Positions 28,619 through 37,142 of a DNA stretch of 64,000 bases are shown in pieces. Both the position numbers and the translations under genes were made by a program. This stretch comes from Acetobacteraceae bacterium. Its GTDB lineage: Bacteria > Pseudomonadota > Alphaproteobacteria > Acetobacterales > Acetobacteraceae. The notes beneath the pieces were generated by a model. The model worked only from the letters and a program-made list of their open reading frames with translations, searched no databases and was not told the origin of the DNA. The DNA lies in the NCBI GenBank assembly GCA_965198895.1, contig OZ240676.1, positions 474,400 to 538,399 on the forward strand, in the 5' to 3' direction. The first letter of the stretch is position 1, and each line of letters begins with the position of its first letter.

Positions 28619-29557
28619 TCAGGGTGGATCGCCGGGTGGACTTACCCCGGGCGTTACCGAGATCGAACTCCATGTAATGGCGGGCACGGTTTCCGTTGCA
28701 CACGTGAAATCGACCGTTCCGCCGAGATTGAGGTCGTGATCGCTCCTGGCATCGGCATCGTAGACGACAGTGAGGTTGCCACTGAGATGATTATCGCCCT
28801 CGGGCCATACCGTATATTGAGTATATCGACTTGTTCCGCTCCTGAGATGCTCGGCTCGGCCGGTCCACTGCACCATCTTGCCGACTTCGGTCACCGGAGA
28901 GAGGACAGGAAAGCCCGCTTCATAGAATTTGATCCATGGCGTTCCATCAGGCCGGCGGAAAAAGACGGCTTCGGCCGAAGTTCGCACGCCATACCAGGGA
29001 TGGTTCCTGATCCCTTGGTGCACGACCGTTCCACTACAGGTCCGTTGCAACATCGTCTCCAGAATCGGTGACGTGACCGGATCGTTCGCTATGGTGAACG
29101 GCCTCTGGGAGGGGACCGGCTTGTAACCGGCCGCCACCGGCTGATCGTGCCGGTGCGCCAGGACATACTGCAACGTGATGTCCAGGTCGGCTTCCGCGGC
29201 GCCGTCCGGGAACGGTCGCACGAACCCTCCGGTGAACACGGCGGATCCCGCCGCGTCGATCGAACTCGAACCCGAACTCTCCACCACAGTCACGGCCCAG
29301 ATCCTGCCGTCAGGAAGGATCGCCAAGTGGAGTTTGACGGTGCCACCCTCATCGTTGTTCGACGCGTGTCTGGGATAGTAGGCGTGCACGTCCCACCATG
29401 CCTGCAACTGCCGCATCAAGTCACGGTGACCCGCGGCAACCGGCTCCTCTGGGTTAGTGATGCTGAAGTCCTGGGCCAAAGCAGGCGCGTAGCCGGCGCC
29501 CACCGGGGTCATAACACAAGCCGCGGCAAGGGCGGCTGAAGCGACAGGCAACCGCAT
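28619..29557 (-). CDS. Secreted protein: signal peptide + TonB C-terminal domain + unrecognised Cys-bracketed domain
   Basis: Leader ending PALA|Q; WWDVHAYYP..ASNNDEGGTVKL..DG..SSGSSSIDAA aligns with the neighbouring TonB; C-terminal domain shared with the BlaR1-like protein. Confidence 0.82.
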   Translation of the reverse strand: MRLPVASAALAAACVMTPVGAGYAPALAQDFSITNPEEPVAAGHRDLMRQLQAWWDVHAYYPRHASNNDEGGTVKLHLAILPDGRIWAVTVVESSGSSSIDAAGSAVFTGGFVRPFPDGAAEADLDITLQYVLAHRHDQPVAAGYKPVPSQRPFTIANDPVTSPILETMLQRTCSGTVVHQGIRNHPWYGVRTSAEAVFFRRPDGTPWIKFYEAGFPVLSPVTEVGKMVQWTGRAEHLRSGTSRYTQYTVWPEGDNHLSGNLTVVYDADARSDHDLNLGGTVDFTCATETVPAITWSSISVTPGVSPPGDPP

Positions 29558-29607
29558 CGCGTTTAATCCTGTCCGATGGGACAACACATCAGCTTTCGCC
29601 GAATATT

Positions 29608-29637
29608 TGCTACAAAACGTAGCATTACACCTTGTCA
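29608..29637. promoter_or_regulatory. Putative BlaI operator(s) upstream of the TonB_C-domain gene
   Basis: Near-perfect palindrome TGCTACA-AAA-CGTAGCA (29608-29624) followed by a weaker TTACA-CCT-TGTCA. Confidence 0.7.
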
Positions 29638-29902
29638 CACATGAGTCGAGGGGTTTCTGGAGAGTTCGCATTCTTCTACGAAAAGTGCCTGCCTCGAAGA
29701 AAACTGCCTGCCTCGAACGTCTTTTCTCGTCCCGGAGGACGCGTTCTTTCGCAAGGTCTGGGCTGGATCGCCCTACCCGGTCTGACCGCTGAGGTGGCCG
29801 GGGACGGTCATTTCGAGACTCTGCCGAACGTGCGGCCTCTTGGGCAACCTTGCCGTTTAATGAACATGCAGGGCCAAGGACGACACGGCTCGCGGAACCC
29901 CG

Positions 29903-31633
29903 TCAGCTCCTCCGATCGAACAGGTGAACGCCAGCTTCCCCACAGGTGAGATCAATCGTCCCCTCCGGGCGCTGGGTGATGCCTGTAAGGTGGTTTGCGC
30001 CCTGCGCCAGCATTTTGAACGAGGTGTTGTTGCCGGCGGTAAACTCCACCTCCTTGCCGGTGACCTCTACCGGAAGGTTCAAGGGGTCGCGCGTGCCAAA
30101 GTAGATCTTCAGCCAGGGCCTGCCATCGGCCTCACGAAAAAATCGCGCCCGCAAAATGTTGAGATACCCCCAACCGTTGCCACTCCCCGCACCACCAACC
30201 GCTCCGGGAAGATAGACGCCGTCGCAGCTCTGCTGATCGATCGCCTCGAGCAGCGATGGTTCGTTGATGGGCGGGCGAGCTTCGCGTGAGGAGGAGGAGG
30301 CGTGCCTCACTCCGCCAGCAACATCAGCAGTGCTGGAATGGTTTGCTTCGTCGACGGCGCCTGCAGTTCTTCTGGTAAGGCTCACAGTCGCGATACGCGC
30401 GCGCGCGGTTTCGTTGCTCGGTGCGTCACTGGCCCGGTTGCGCATCTGTGGAGCGCGCGCCGGCGGCAAAGGATGCGCTATGCTGGCGGTTGATTGTGCC
30501 ATGGACCGCGCTGCCAGTTGCACGCCTGGAGATTGCTGCGGTGCTGCCGGAGCCGTTAGCGGTCCGGAAACTGGCCGGGCGGGGTCCTTGAGCTGCGGCG
30601 GTGGAGAGAGGGCGCCTACGACCGGCACAGGATTGGACACGAAGCCGTCCGTGAGAGCCAGGGCGGGCCGTATCCGCCCGATTGCGATCGAGGGCGGAGA
30701 CGCACCTAGGTCGAAGTCCGGGATCGCGGCCACGAACGAGATGATCGCCGCACCAACGACGAGCACCGATCGCTGAAGCCCGTTGACCGGCGGGACTCCC
30801 AAGCTGTCCGACAGCACGCGCTCGATGCGGTAATGAAGTGTGGACGCGCGTGCCATAGCCAAGCCCCGCAGCAACGGGCCTGACCGGCGCCCCATTTCAA
30901 GCAGAACCTCGGCATAAGCGGTGCGATCGCCCGTGACCCTCATCGCATGGTCGTCGCTGGCAAGTTCGGCAAGAGCAGCCAGCCGGCGATGGAGTAACCA
31001 TGACACGGGACTGAACCAGAACATCGCTCGATTCAGCTGCGATAGCACCAGCAACGCGAAATCCCCGCGTGCAACGTGGGCGCACTCATGCGCTACGACG
31101 GCCTGGCGCATAGCGGAGGGCCAGTCTACGACGTCGGGTGGCAGTAGGATGACATTGCCGACCGTCACTGGTGCCGAGACAACCTGGCTGATCCGGATAC
31201 GAGCATTTTGCGCGGCGTCTAAATGCAGGGGCGCTGCCTTGATCAGCAAGCGGAAAGAGAGTGCGACCCCCACCGTCAGCCGCAGCATCATAAGGCTGCT
31301 CACGAGGAGATAGGCAATAATCAACCAAAATCCTATCGCGGGCAGTTTACTGGAGTCTGCGGTCGATGGAGGTGCGGATACGACTGGAGCAGCTTGTTGC
31401 TGGAGATCGGCAATGCTGCTCAGCCATGCGGTGGGATGGCTGGAACCTATGGACAATCGCAGTGGAGTGGCCCACTGGAGCGCCGGCATGGCAAGGGAAG
31501 CCGCCAGGACGACTGTCCATGTAACAAGCAGTAGTTGTGCCCGGCGGATGCGAAGCAGCCATAGGCCGAGTTGCACGATGGTCGCCAGCAGGAGGGTGCG
31601 AAGTGCTGCTTCTCCCAATATGTCCAGCATCAC
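29903..31633 (-). CDS. BlaR1/MecR1-type M56 zinc metallopeptidase sensor with Pro/Ala-rich stalk and unrecognised C-terminal domain
   Basis: N-terminal TMs, AHECAH (HExxH), FWFSPVSWLL..LAELASD, last TM, no penicillin-binding domain; translationally coupled to blaI. Confidence 0.9.
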   Translation of the reverse strand: MMLDILGEAALRTLLLATIVQLGLWLLRIRRAQLLLVTWTVVLAASLAMPALQWATPLRLSIGSSHPTAWLSSIADLQQQAAPVVSAPPSTADSSKLPAIGFWLIIAYLLVSSLMMLRLTVGVALSFRLLIKAAPLHLDAAQNARIRISQVVSAPVTVGNVILLPPDVVDWPSAMRQAVVAHECAHVARGDFALLVLSQLNRAMFWFSPVSWLLHRRLAALAELASDDHAMRVTGDRTAYAEVLLEMGRRSGPLLRGLAMARASTLHYRIERVLSDSLGVPPVNGLQRSVLVVGAAIISFVAAIPDFDLGASPPSIAIGRIRPALALTDGFVSNPVPVVGALSPPPQLKDPARPVSGPLTAPAAPQQSPGVQLAARSMAQSTASIAHPLPPARAPQMRNRASDAPSNETARARIATVSLTRRTAGAVDEANHSSTADVAGGVRHASSSSREARPPINEPSLLEAIDQQSCDGVYLPGAVGGAGSGNGWGYLNILRARFFREADGRPWLKIYFGTRDPLNLPVEVTGKEVEFTAGNNTSFKMLAQGANHLTGITQRPEGTIDLTCGEAGVHLFDRRS

Positions 31634-32007
31634 TGTTCACCTTTGGCCGCGTCGATCCGCTTGGCCAGCAGCTTCAGCACGCGTGGGTCCAGCATGCGTG
31701 CGTCGGCCATGCCGACGAGTACGTCCTCTACCGAACCGTTGCAGAACCACCCCACGATGCGCTTCACAGCCCTAGCGGCGACATCCTGCCTCGCTTCGGC
31801 GGCGCGAAAGATGTAGGTGCGGCCTTCCACCCTGTGGCCAACGTATCCTTTATCTTCGAGCCGCCGCAGCACCGTCCGGACAGTCGACTCTTTCGGTTTG
31901 CGCTTCAACTGGGACCGTACCTGGTCGGCCGTGACTTCGCCGGCATCCCAGACGATCTGCATTACCTCGAGCTCAAGCTCGCCAAGGTCAGACATAGTCT
32001 CATTCAT
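31630..32007 (-). CDS. blaI: BlaI/MecI/CopY family transcriptional repressor
   Basis: LGELELEVMQIVW, STVRTVLRRLEDKGYV, GRTYIF, FCNGSVEDVL. Confidence 0.93.
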   Translation of the reverse strand: MNETMSDLGELELEVMQIVWDAGEVTADQVRSQLKRKPKESTVRTVLRRLEDKGYVGHRVEGRTYIFRAAEARQDVAARAVKRIVGWFCNGSVEDVLVGMADARMLDPRVLKLLAKRIDAAKGEQ

Positions 32008-32025
32008 GGAGTGTAAGCCGCCAAT

Positions 32026-32053
32026 GCTACATTATGTAACGCCAGCTACAAAA
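32026..32053. promoter_or_regulatory. Putative BlaI autoregulatory operator
   Basis: GCTACA-TTA-TGTAAC (32026-32040) plus half-site GCTACAAAA (32045-32053); TACA/TGTA core as in BlaI/CopY boxes. Confidence 0.7.
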
Positions 32054-32361
32054 GGGACGCAAGCGCAGGCAGCATCAATGTCTCACGTTCCACGGAGCCA
32101 GCGGTTAAGCCGGTCGAAGATAGGATCCCCGCCCGCTTCTGGGTGTCGCACCAAAATTGCTGCGCGGCGGGTATAGGGGCGCGAGCAGCCACCACACGGA
32201 ACGGCAAGGTTTGGTGGAGGCTGTGTGGAAACTCGGTGAGCGGATAATCCGACAGGGCCGTTTAGGTCCAGCCACAGACGCAGCAGTGCTGTTCGTTTGT
32301 GGGGACAATCGTGGGATCATCTTGAAGGCCAAGACAAAACTAAGGCAAATCCAGAGAGATA

Positions 32362-32451
32362 TGGCGGACAGGGTGGGATTCGAACCCACGTTACGCGTTA
32401 ACGCAAACACGCTTTCCAAGCGTGCGCCTTCAGCCACTCGGCCACCTGTCC
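32362..32451 (-). tRNA. tRNA-Ser(GGA)
   Basis: 90 nt; GGACAGG/CCTGTCC acceptor stem, anticodon loop TTGGAAA, long variable arm, GGTTCGAATCC T-loop, encoded CCA. Confidence 0.97.
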
Positions 32452-32481
32452 AGCGCGGCGGTCTCCATAGCAAGCCCGGGG

Positions 32482-34287
32482 CTAGGCGTCCATCTTCAAG
32501 GCGGCCAGGAACGCGCTCTGCGGGATCTCGACCTTGCCGAACTGCCGCATGCGCTTCTTGCCCTCTTTCTGCTTCTCCAGCAGCTTGCGCTTACGGCTGA
32601 TGTCGCCGCCGTAGCACTTGGCGGTCACGTCCTTGCTCAGCGCGCCGATGGTCTCGCGGGCGATCACCCGGCCGCCGATCGCCGCCTGGATGGCGATCTT
32701 GAACAGCTGGCGGGGGATCAGGTCCTTCAGCTTGGCGCAGATCGCCCGGCCCCGCTGCTCGGCGGCACTGCGGTGGGCGATGAAGCTCAGCGCGTCCACC
32801 GGGTCCTGGTTCACCAGGATGGAAATGCGGACCAGGTCGCTCTCCTGGTAGTCGGCCATGGCGTAGTCGAAGCTGGCATAGCCGCGGCTGATCGACTTCA
32901 GGCGGTCGTAGAAGTCGAACACCACCTCGTTCAGCGGCAGGCGATACACCGCCATGGCGCGGTTGCCGACATAGGTCAGGTCCTGCTGCTGGCCACGGCG
33001 CTCGCTGCACAGCGTCAGCACGGAGCCGAGATACTCGTCGGGCACCATGATGGTCGCCTTGATCCAGGGCTCCTCCATGTGATCGATGTAGGTCGGATCG
33101 GGCATGTCCGCCGGGTTGTGCAGCTTCTCCACCGTGCCGTCGTTCCGGTAGATGTCGTACACCACCGAGGGCGCGGTCGCGATCAGGTCGAGGTCGAACT
33201 CGCGGCTGAGGCGCTCCTGGATGATCTCCAGGTGCAGCAGCCCCAAAAAGCCGCAGCGATAGCCGAAGCCCAGCGCCGCCGACGTCTCTGCCTCGTAGTG
33301 AAAACTGGCATCGTTCAGCCGCAGCTTGCCCAGGCTCTCGCGAAGCTTCTCGAAATCGTCGGCGTCGACCGGGAACAGGCCGCACCACACCACGGGGATG
33401 GAAGGCTTGAAGCCCGGCAGCGCCGCAGCGGCCGGGTTGCGGTCGTCGGTGACGGTATCGCCCACGTTGCAGTCGGCCACCGTCTTGATGGCGGCGGTGA
33501 TGTAGCCCATCTCGCCCGGCCCGAGGTCGTCGGTGGGGATCATCTTGGGGGTGAACACGCCGACCTGCTCCACCGGGTGGGCAGCGCCGTTGGACATCAT
33601 GCGGATCTTCATGCCGCGCTTCAGCCGCCCGTCGCGCACCCGCACCAGGATCACCACGCCCAGGTACTGGTCGTACCAGCTATCCACCAGTAGCGCGGTC
33701 AGCGGCTTGGTGGCATCACCGGTGGGCGGCGGCAGCCGGGTCACCAACGCCTCCAGCACGCCGCCGATGTTCAGCCCGGTCTTGGCGCTGATCATCACCG
33801 CGTCGTCGGCCGGGATGCCGATCACGTCCTCGATCTGCTGCTTCACCCGCTCCGGCTCGGCGGCCGGCAGGTCGATCTTGTTCAGCACGGGGACGATCTC
33901 GTGGTTGGCGTCCATCGCCTGGTAGACGTTGGCCAGCGTCTGCGCCTCCACGCCCTGGGAGGCATCCACCACCAGCAGCGAGCCTTCGCAGGCCGCCAGC
34001 GACCGGCTGACCTCGTAGGCGAAGTCCACGTGACCCGGCGTGTCCATCAGGTTCAGCTCGTAGGTCAGTCCGTCCTTGGCCTTGTAAGCCAGGCGGACGG
34101 TCTGCGCCTTGATAGTGATCCCGCGTTCTTTCTCCAGGTCCATGTTATCAAGGACTTGGGCGGTCATCTCGCGGTCGGTCAGCCCGCCGCAAGCCTGGAT
34201 CAGCCGGTCGGCCAGCGTGGATTTGCCGTGGTCGATGTGGGCGATGATGGAGAAGTTGCGGATCAAGGCGAGCGGCGTGTCGGTCAT
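32482..34287 (-). CDS. lepA: Elongation factor 4
   Basis: [53 protein letters not shown]. Confidence 0.98.
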   Translation of the reverse strand: MTDTPLALIRNFSIIAHIDHGKSTLADRLIQACGGLTDREMTAQVLDNMDLEKERGITIKAQTVRLAYKAKDGLTYELNLMDTPGHVDFAYEVSRSLAACEGSLLVVDASQGVEAQTLANVYQAMDANHEIVPVLNKIDLPAAEPERVKQQIEDVIGIPADDAVMISAKTGLNIGGVLEALVTRLPPPTGDATKPLTALLVDSWYDQYLGVVILVRVRDGRLKRGMKIRMMSNGAAHPVEQVGVFTPKMIPTDDLGPGEMGYITAAIKTVADCNVGDTVTDDRNPAAAALPGFKPSIPVVWCGLFPVDADDFEKLRESLGKLRLNDASFHYEAETSAALGFGYRCGFLGLLHLEIIQERLSREFDLDLIATAPSVVYDIYRNDGTVEKLHNPADMPDPTYIDHMEEPWIKATIMVPDEYLGSVLTLCSERRGQQQDLTYVGNRAMAVYRLPLNEVVFDFYDRLKSISRGYASFDYAMADYQESDLVRISILVNQDPVDALSFIAHRSAAEQRGRAICAKLKDLIPRQLFKIAIQAAIGGRVIARETIGALSKDVTAKCYGGDISRKRKLLEKQKEGKKRMRQFGKVEIPQSAFLAALKMDA

Positions 34288-34337
34288 GACACATGAGATA
34301 GTCGGAATCGGCCGGGATGTCAGCGTCGGCTTGCTGT

Positions 34338-36293
34338 TCACCTCACCTGCACGGAGGTCCCGTTGTTACAGAGCGAGCCGGCCGTCGCCACCGAGCAGGA
34401 CGGCACGCCGCCATAGCTCACGAAAGCGGGGGCCAACGCCGCCGTGAACGTGCCACAACCCGTGTTCAAGCCGCCCGTCCCGCTGCAACCGGTTGACGTG
34501 ACGGCGGGCGGCGATGTGTAGCCAGACCCGGGGTTGGTGACCTGGACGCTGCCGATGAACCAGCTCAGATGCGCGACGAACCCCGACCCGTTGGCCGCGG
34601 TGAAGGTAGCCGGATCCGCGGGCAGAACCGCGTACGACCCGGCGCCGCCGGCGTGGATCGCGGTCGGGTGGCCATCCGTCGCATTGACGGAGTCGATGAC
34701 CGCGTAGGCAGCGGTGCCAGCCGGCGTCAGGGTTCCGCCGGCGACGTTGAGGGCCTCGCCAGCAGTATACGAGCGGCCCGGCGACGTAACGGCCTGTGCA
34801 CCGGCCGAAGCCGTGCTCAACCCGAAGGTCGAGGGAGAAGCCGTCGCCGGTATGCCGGCGCCCGGGGGCGGTGCCAAAGTCAGGGTGGGGGGTGTCCAGA
34901 ACACGCCACCGTTGGTCGGCGTGATGCTGCCGACTCCGCCGGCGGGAGCGCCGATGGCGGTCGCCGACACGGACCCCGCGATGATCCCGGCCGCCCCGAG
35001 CGCACCGATGGAGCCCGACGCTGCGCTGAGCGCGCCCGTGGCGAGGGCAGAGCCCGTCGGGCCGGTCCCGTCATCGTTCAAGCCGATCGTGGTGTTCGCA
35101 CCCGACACCGAGACCATGGCGCCCGTGCAGGCGATCTCGTGATTGCCGGTGATCGTGCTGCCCGTCGCGGTGACCTGGATGTTCCCGGCGTAGCCGCTGC
35201 CGTGGCCGCAGTTGGTCAGGGTGTTGCCGGAAATGACGAGGCCGGTCGGGGTGCCGTAGACGGCCTGCACGAAGATGGCCGGCTGCACCTGCGAGCCATC
35301 CAGCATGTTGTCGGCCACGATGAAGCCGTTGCCGGGGGTGTTGAGGTAGATGCCGGGCATCGGTCCGCCAGGTGCCGTGACATACAGGTGGTTATTCGCG
35401 ATCGTCAGGTGCGTGAGGTTGCCGCCCGGCACCGCTTCGGCACCGATCGGGGCCCCAGCCGTGCCCGCGTAATAGATCGTATTGTTCTCGATCTGCACGT
35501 CGTCGATCGGCGTCGGGTTGTTCGCGATATCCTGGCCCGTGACCTGGATGCCCCAGGAGTTGATCGTGGGGTTGTCGGCGACCTCGGCGTAGTTGTTCAG
35601 GATGCGATGCCTGCCGCCGCCAAAGAAGTTGTCGTAGGCCGCATTGGTGACACCGTAGGCACGGTTGCCCGAAACTTCCGTATCGCTCGAGCCGATCATC
35701 GCCGTCAGGTTCGCCCCGCCGTAGATGACGCTGTTGCGGACCGAGACATGGCTCGCGAACCAGAACTGCACGGCCTTGCCGACAGCGCCGACCTGCCAGT
35801 TGGGATAGACGAAGGTGCAGCCTTCGACGCTGATGTCGTGGTCGGTCAGCACCCGAGCGGCATTCCCCGCGTTTTGCACCAGAGCCAGCGAATTGGCGTT
35901 GGGGCCGCCGGCGGTGATCGTGGCACCGTCGCACCGCATCGCCGTATTACTGTGCAAGAGGATGGCATTGTACACCGAGATGCCGTCGACGAGGTAATTT
36001 CCCCGCGTCAGCAACAGCGTGCCGCCCCCGGCCGGTATGGCAGCCGCCGCCGCGTTGATCGCCGCAGTGTCATCGGTGACGCCGTCGCCGACGGCGCCAA
36101 AATCCCGCACCGAGGGCATGTCACCCAGCTTGCTGGAGAGCTCCCGGGCGGCTGTCGCGCCCGATGGAATGATCGTTGCCGTGCCGAGGTTGGAGGGCGA
36201 CAGGCCGGGTGCTGGGCCGAGTTGGGCGTGGCCGATGACCGGCCAGACGCAAAGCGGACCAAGCAACAAGGCACGGATACAGGCATTCTTCAA
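34338..36293 (-). CDS. Secreted right-handed beta-helix protein (pectate_lyase_3/tailspike-like)
   Basis: Signal peptide; [22 protein letters not shown]; repeated I.NN/GN beta-helix turns; Gly/Thr-rich C-terminus with [11 protein letters not shown]. Confidence 0.8.
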   Translation of the reverse strand: MKNACIRALLLGPLCVWPVIGHAQLGPAPGLSPSNLGTATIIPSGATAARELSSKLGDMPSVRDFGAVGDGVTDDTAAINAAAAAIPAGGGTLLLTRGNYLVDGISVYNAILLHSNTAMRCDGATITAGGPNANSLALVQNAGNAARVLTDHDISVEGCTFVYPNWQVGAVGKAVQFWFASHVSVRNSVIYGGANLTAMIGSSDTEVSGNRAYGVTNAAYDNFFGGGRHRILNNYAEVADNPTINSWGIQVTGQDIANNPTPIDDVQIENNTIYYAGTAGAPIGAEAVPGGNLTHLTIANNHLYVTAPGGPMPGIYLNTPGNGFIVADNMLDGSQVQPAIFVQAVYGTPTGLVISGNTLTNCGHGSGYAGNIQVTATGSTITGNHEIACTGAMVSVSGANTTIGLNDDGTGPTGSALATGALSAASGSIGALGAAGIIAGSVSATAIGAPAGGVGSITPTNGGVFWTPPTLTLAPPPGAGIPATASPSTFGLSTASAGAQAVTSPGRSYTAGEALNVAGGTLTPAGTAAYAVIDSVNATDGHPTAIHAGGAGSYAVLPADPATFTAANGSGFVAHLSWFIGSVQVTNPGSGYTSPPAVTSTGCSGTGGLNTGCGTFTAALAPAFVSYGGVPSCSVATAGSLCNNGTSVQVR

Positions 36294-36425
36294 AGGGAGA
36301 TCACCGGAGGGTCACGCATCAACGGCTCACATGTTGGTAGAACTAACAGCTTCTAAACCGCGCGAGTGCCGTTTGCATAGGACTGGACCGGTTGCGCCTA
36401 GTCCAGCCCGCTGTCCGCGTCTGCC

Positions 36426-36830
36426 CTACCAGCCGGCGATGGTTCGATGGACGATGTGCACCTTGTTCCCGTCGAGATCCCGGAGATAGGCACCATAGTA
36501 GTCCGCCGCGTAGTGCGCCCGGGGGCCCGGGGGCCCCTCGTCCGAGCCGCCCGCAAGGAGCCCAGCCGCATAGGCCACGTCCACCGCCGCGGCCGTCGGC
36601 GCACGGAACGCGACCATTGTCCCATTGCCGACCGTGGCCGGCTGTCCGTCGAACGGCAACGAGACGAAGAACTTCGGCAAAGCCTGATCTGGCATGATCC
36701 AGCACGCCATCGCCGGCCCGCCATCGGGCGTCACCGCACGCTGTCGCAACCCGAGCGGCGTCAGCACGGCATCGTAGAAGCGAATGGCACGACCCAGATC
36801 GGTGCAACCGACAGTGATGTGACTGAACAT
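36426..36830 (-). CDS. VOC (glyoxalase/bleomycin resistance) family protein
   Basis: MFSHITVG, FYDAVL, GNGTMVAF, YYGAYLRDLDGNK. Confidence 0.9.
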   Translation of the reverse strand: MFSHITVGCTDLGRAIRFYDAVLTPLGLRQRAVTPDGGPAMACWIMPDQALPKFFVSLPFDGQPATVGNGTMVAFRAPTAAAVDVAYAAGLLAGGSDEGPPGPRAHYAADYYGAYLRDLDGNKVHIVHRTIAGW

Positions 36831-36851
36831 GTTCGCCCGCTAGCCGATGGC

Positions 36852-37115
36852 TTAGTCGTTCTTTGCCGGCGCGCTGAACGAGCCAGGCTTCTTGCCCCGG
36901 GTCGGTGCTTTGTTCGTCCCGCCCGGGACGGCCTTGCCCGCCAACTGGCCTCCATTGGCGGAGGTCTTCACCGTCCGTCGCGTAGACGGCGCTGCACTGG
37001 TCCCCGCGTCGGACGAGCCCGCCGCGCCGGCGGCGGGCGCCACCGGGTCGGCCACGCGCACGATCGCCGGCGGTGTCTCGGCAAAGATCATGGCTGGGTG
37101 GACGAACGTGATCAT
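36852..37115 (-). CDS. Hypothetical small protein, 87 aa
   Basis: AAGGAG SD and ORF filling the glgX-VOC gap; low complexity. Confidence 0.45.
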   Translation of the reverse strand: MITFVHPAMIFAETPPAIVRVADPVAPAAGAAGSSDAGTSAAPSTRRTVKTSANGGQLAGKAVPGGTNKAPTRGKKPGSFSAPAKND

Positions 37116-37142
37116 GCTGACGGCTCCTTCTGGCTCACTCGG

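Noticed and set aside
29903-32007. Beta-lactam resistance locus (blaI-blaR1-blaZ)
   Set aside because: The sensor lacks a penicillin-binding domain (no SxxK/SxN/KTG) and no beta-lactamase is in the block
32157-32360. HTERQGLVEAVWKLGE as the C-terminal helix of a tyrosine integrase
   Set aside because: Too short and lacking catalytic residues to call; used only as weak context for the island hypothesis
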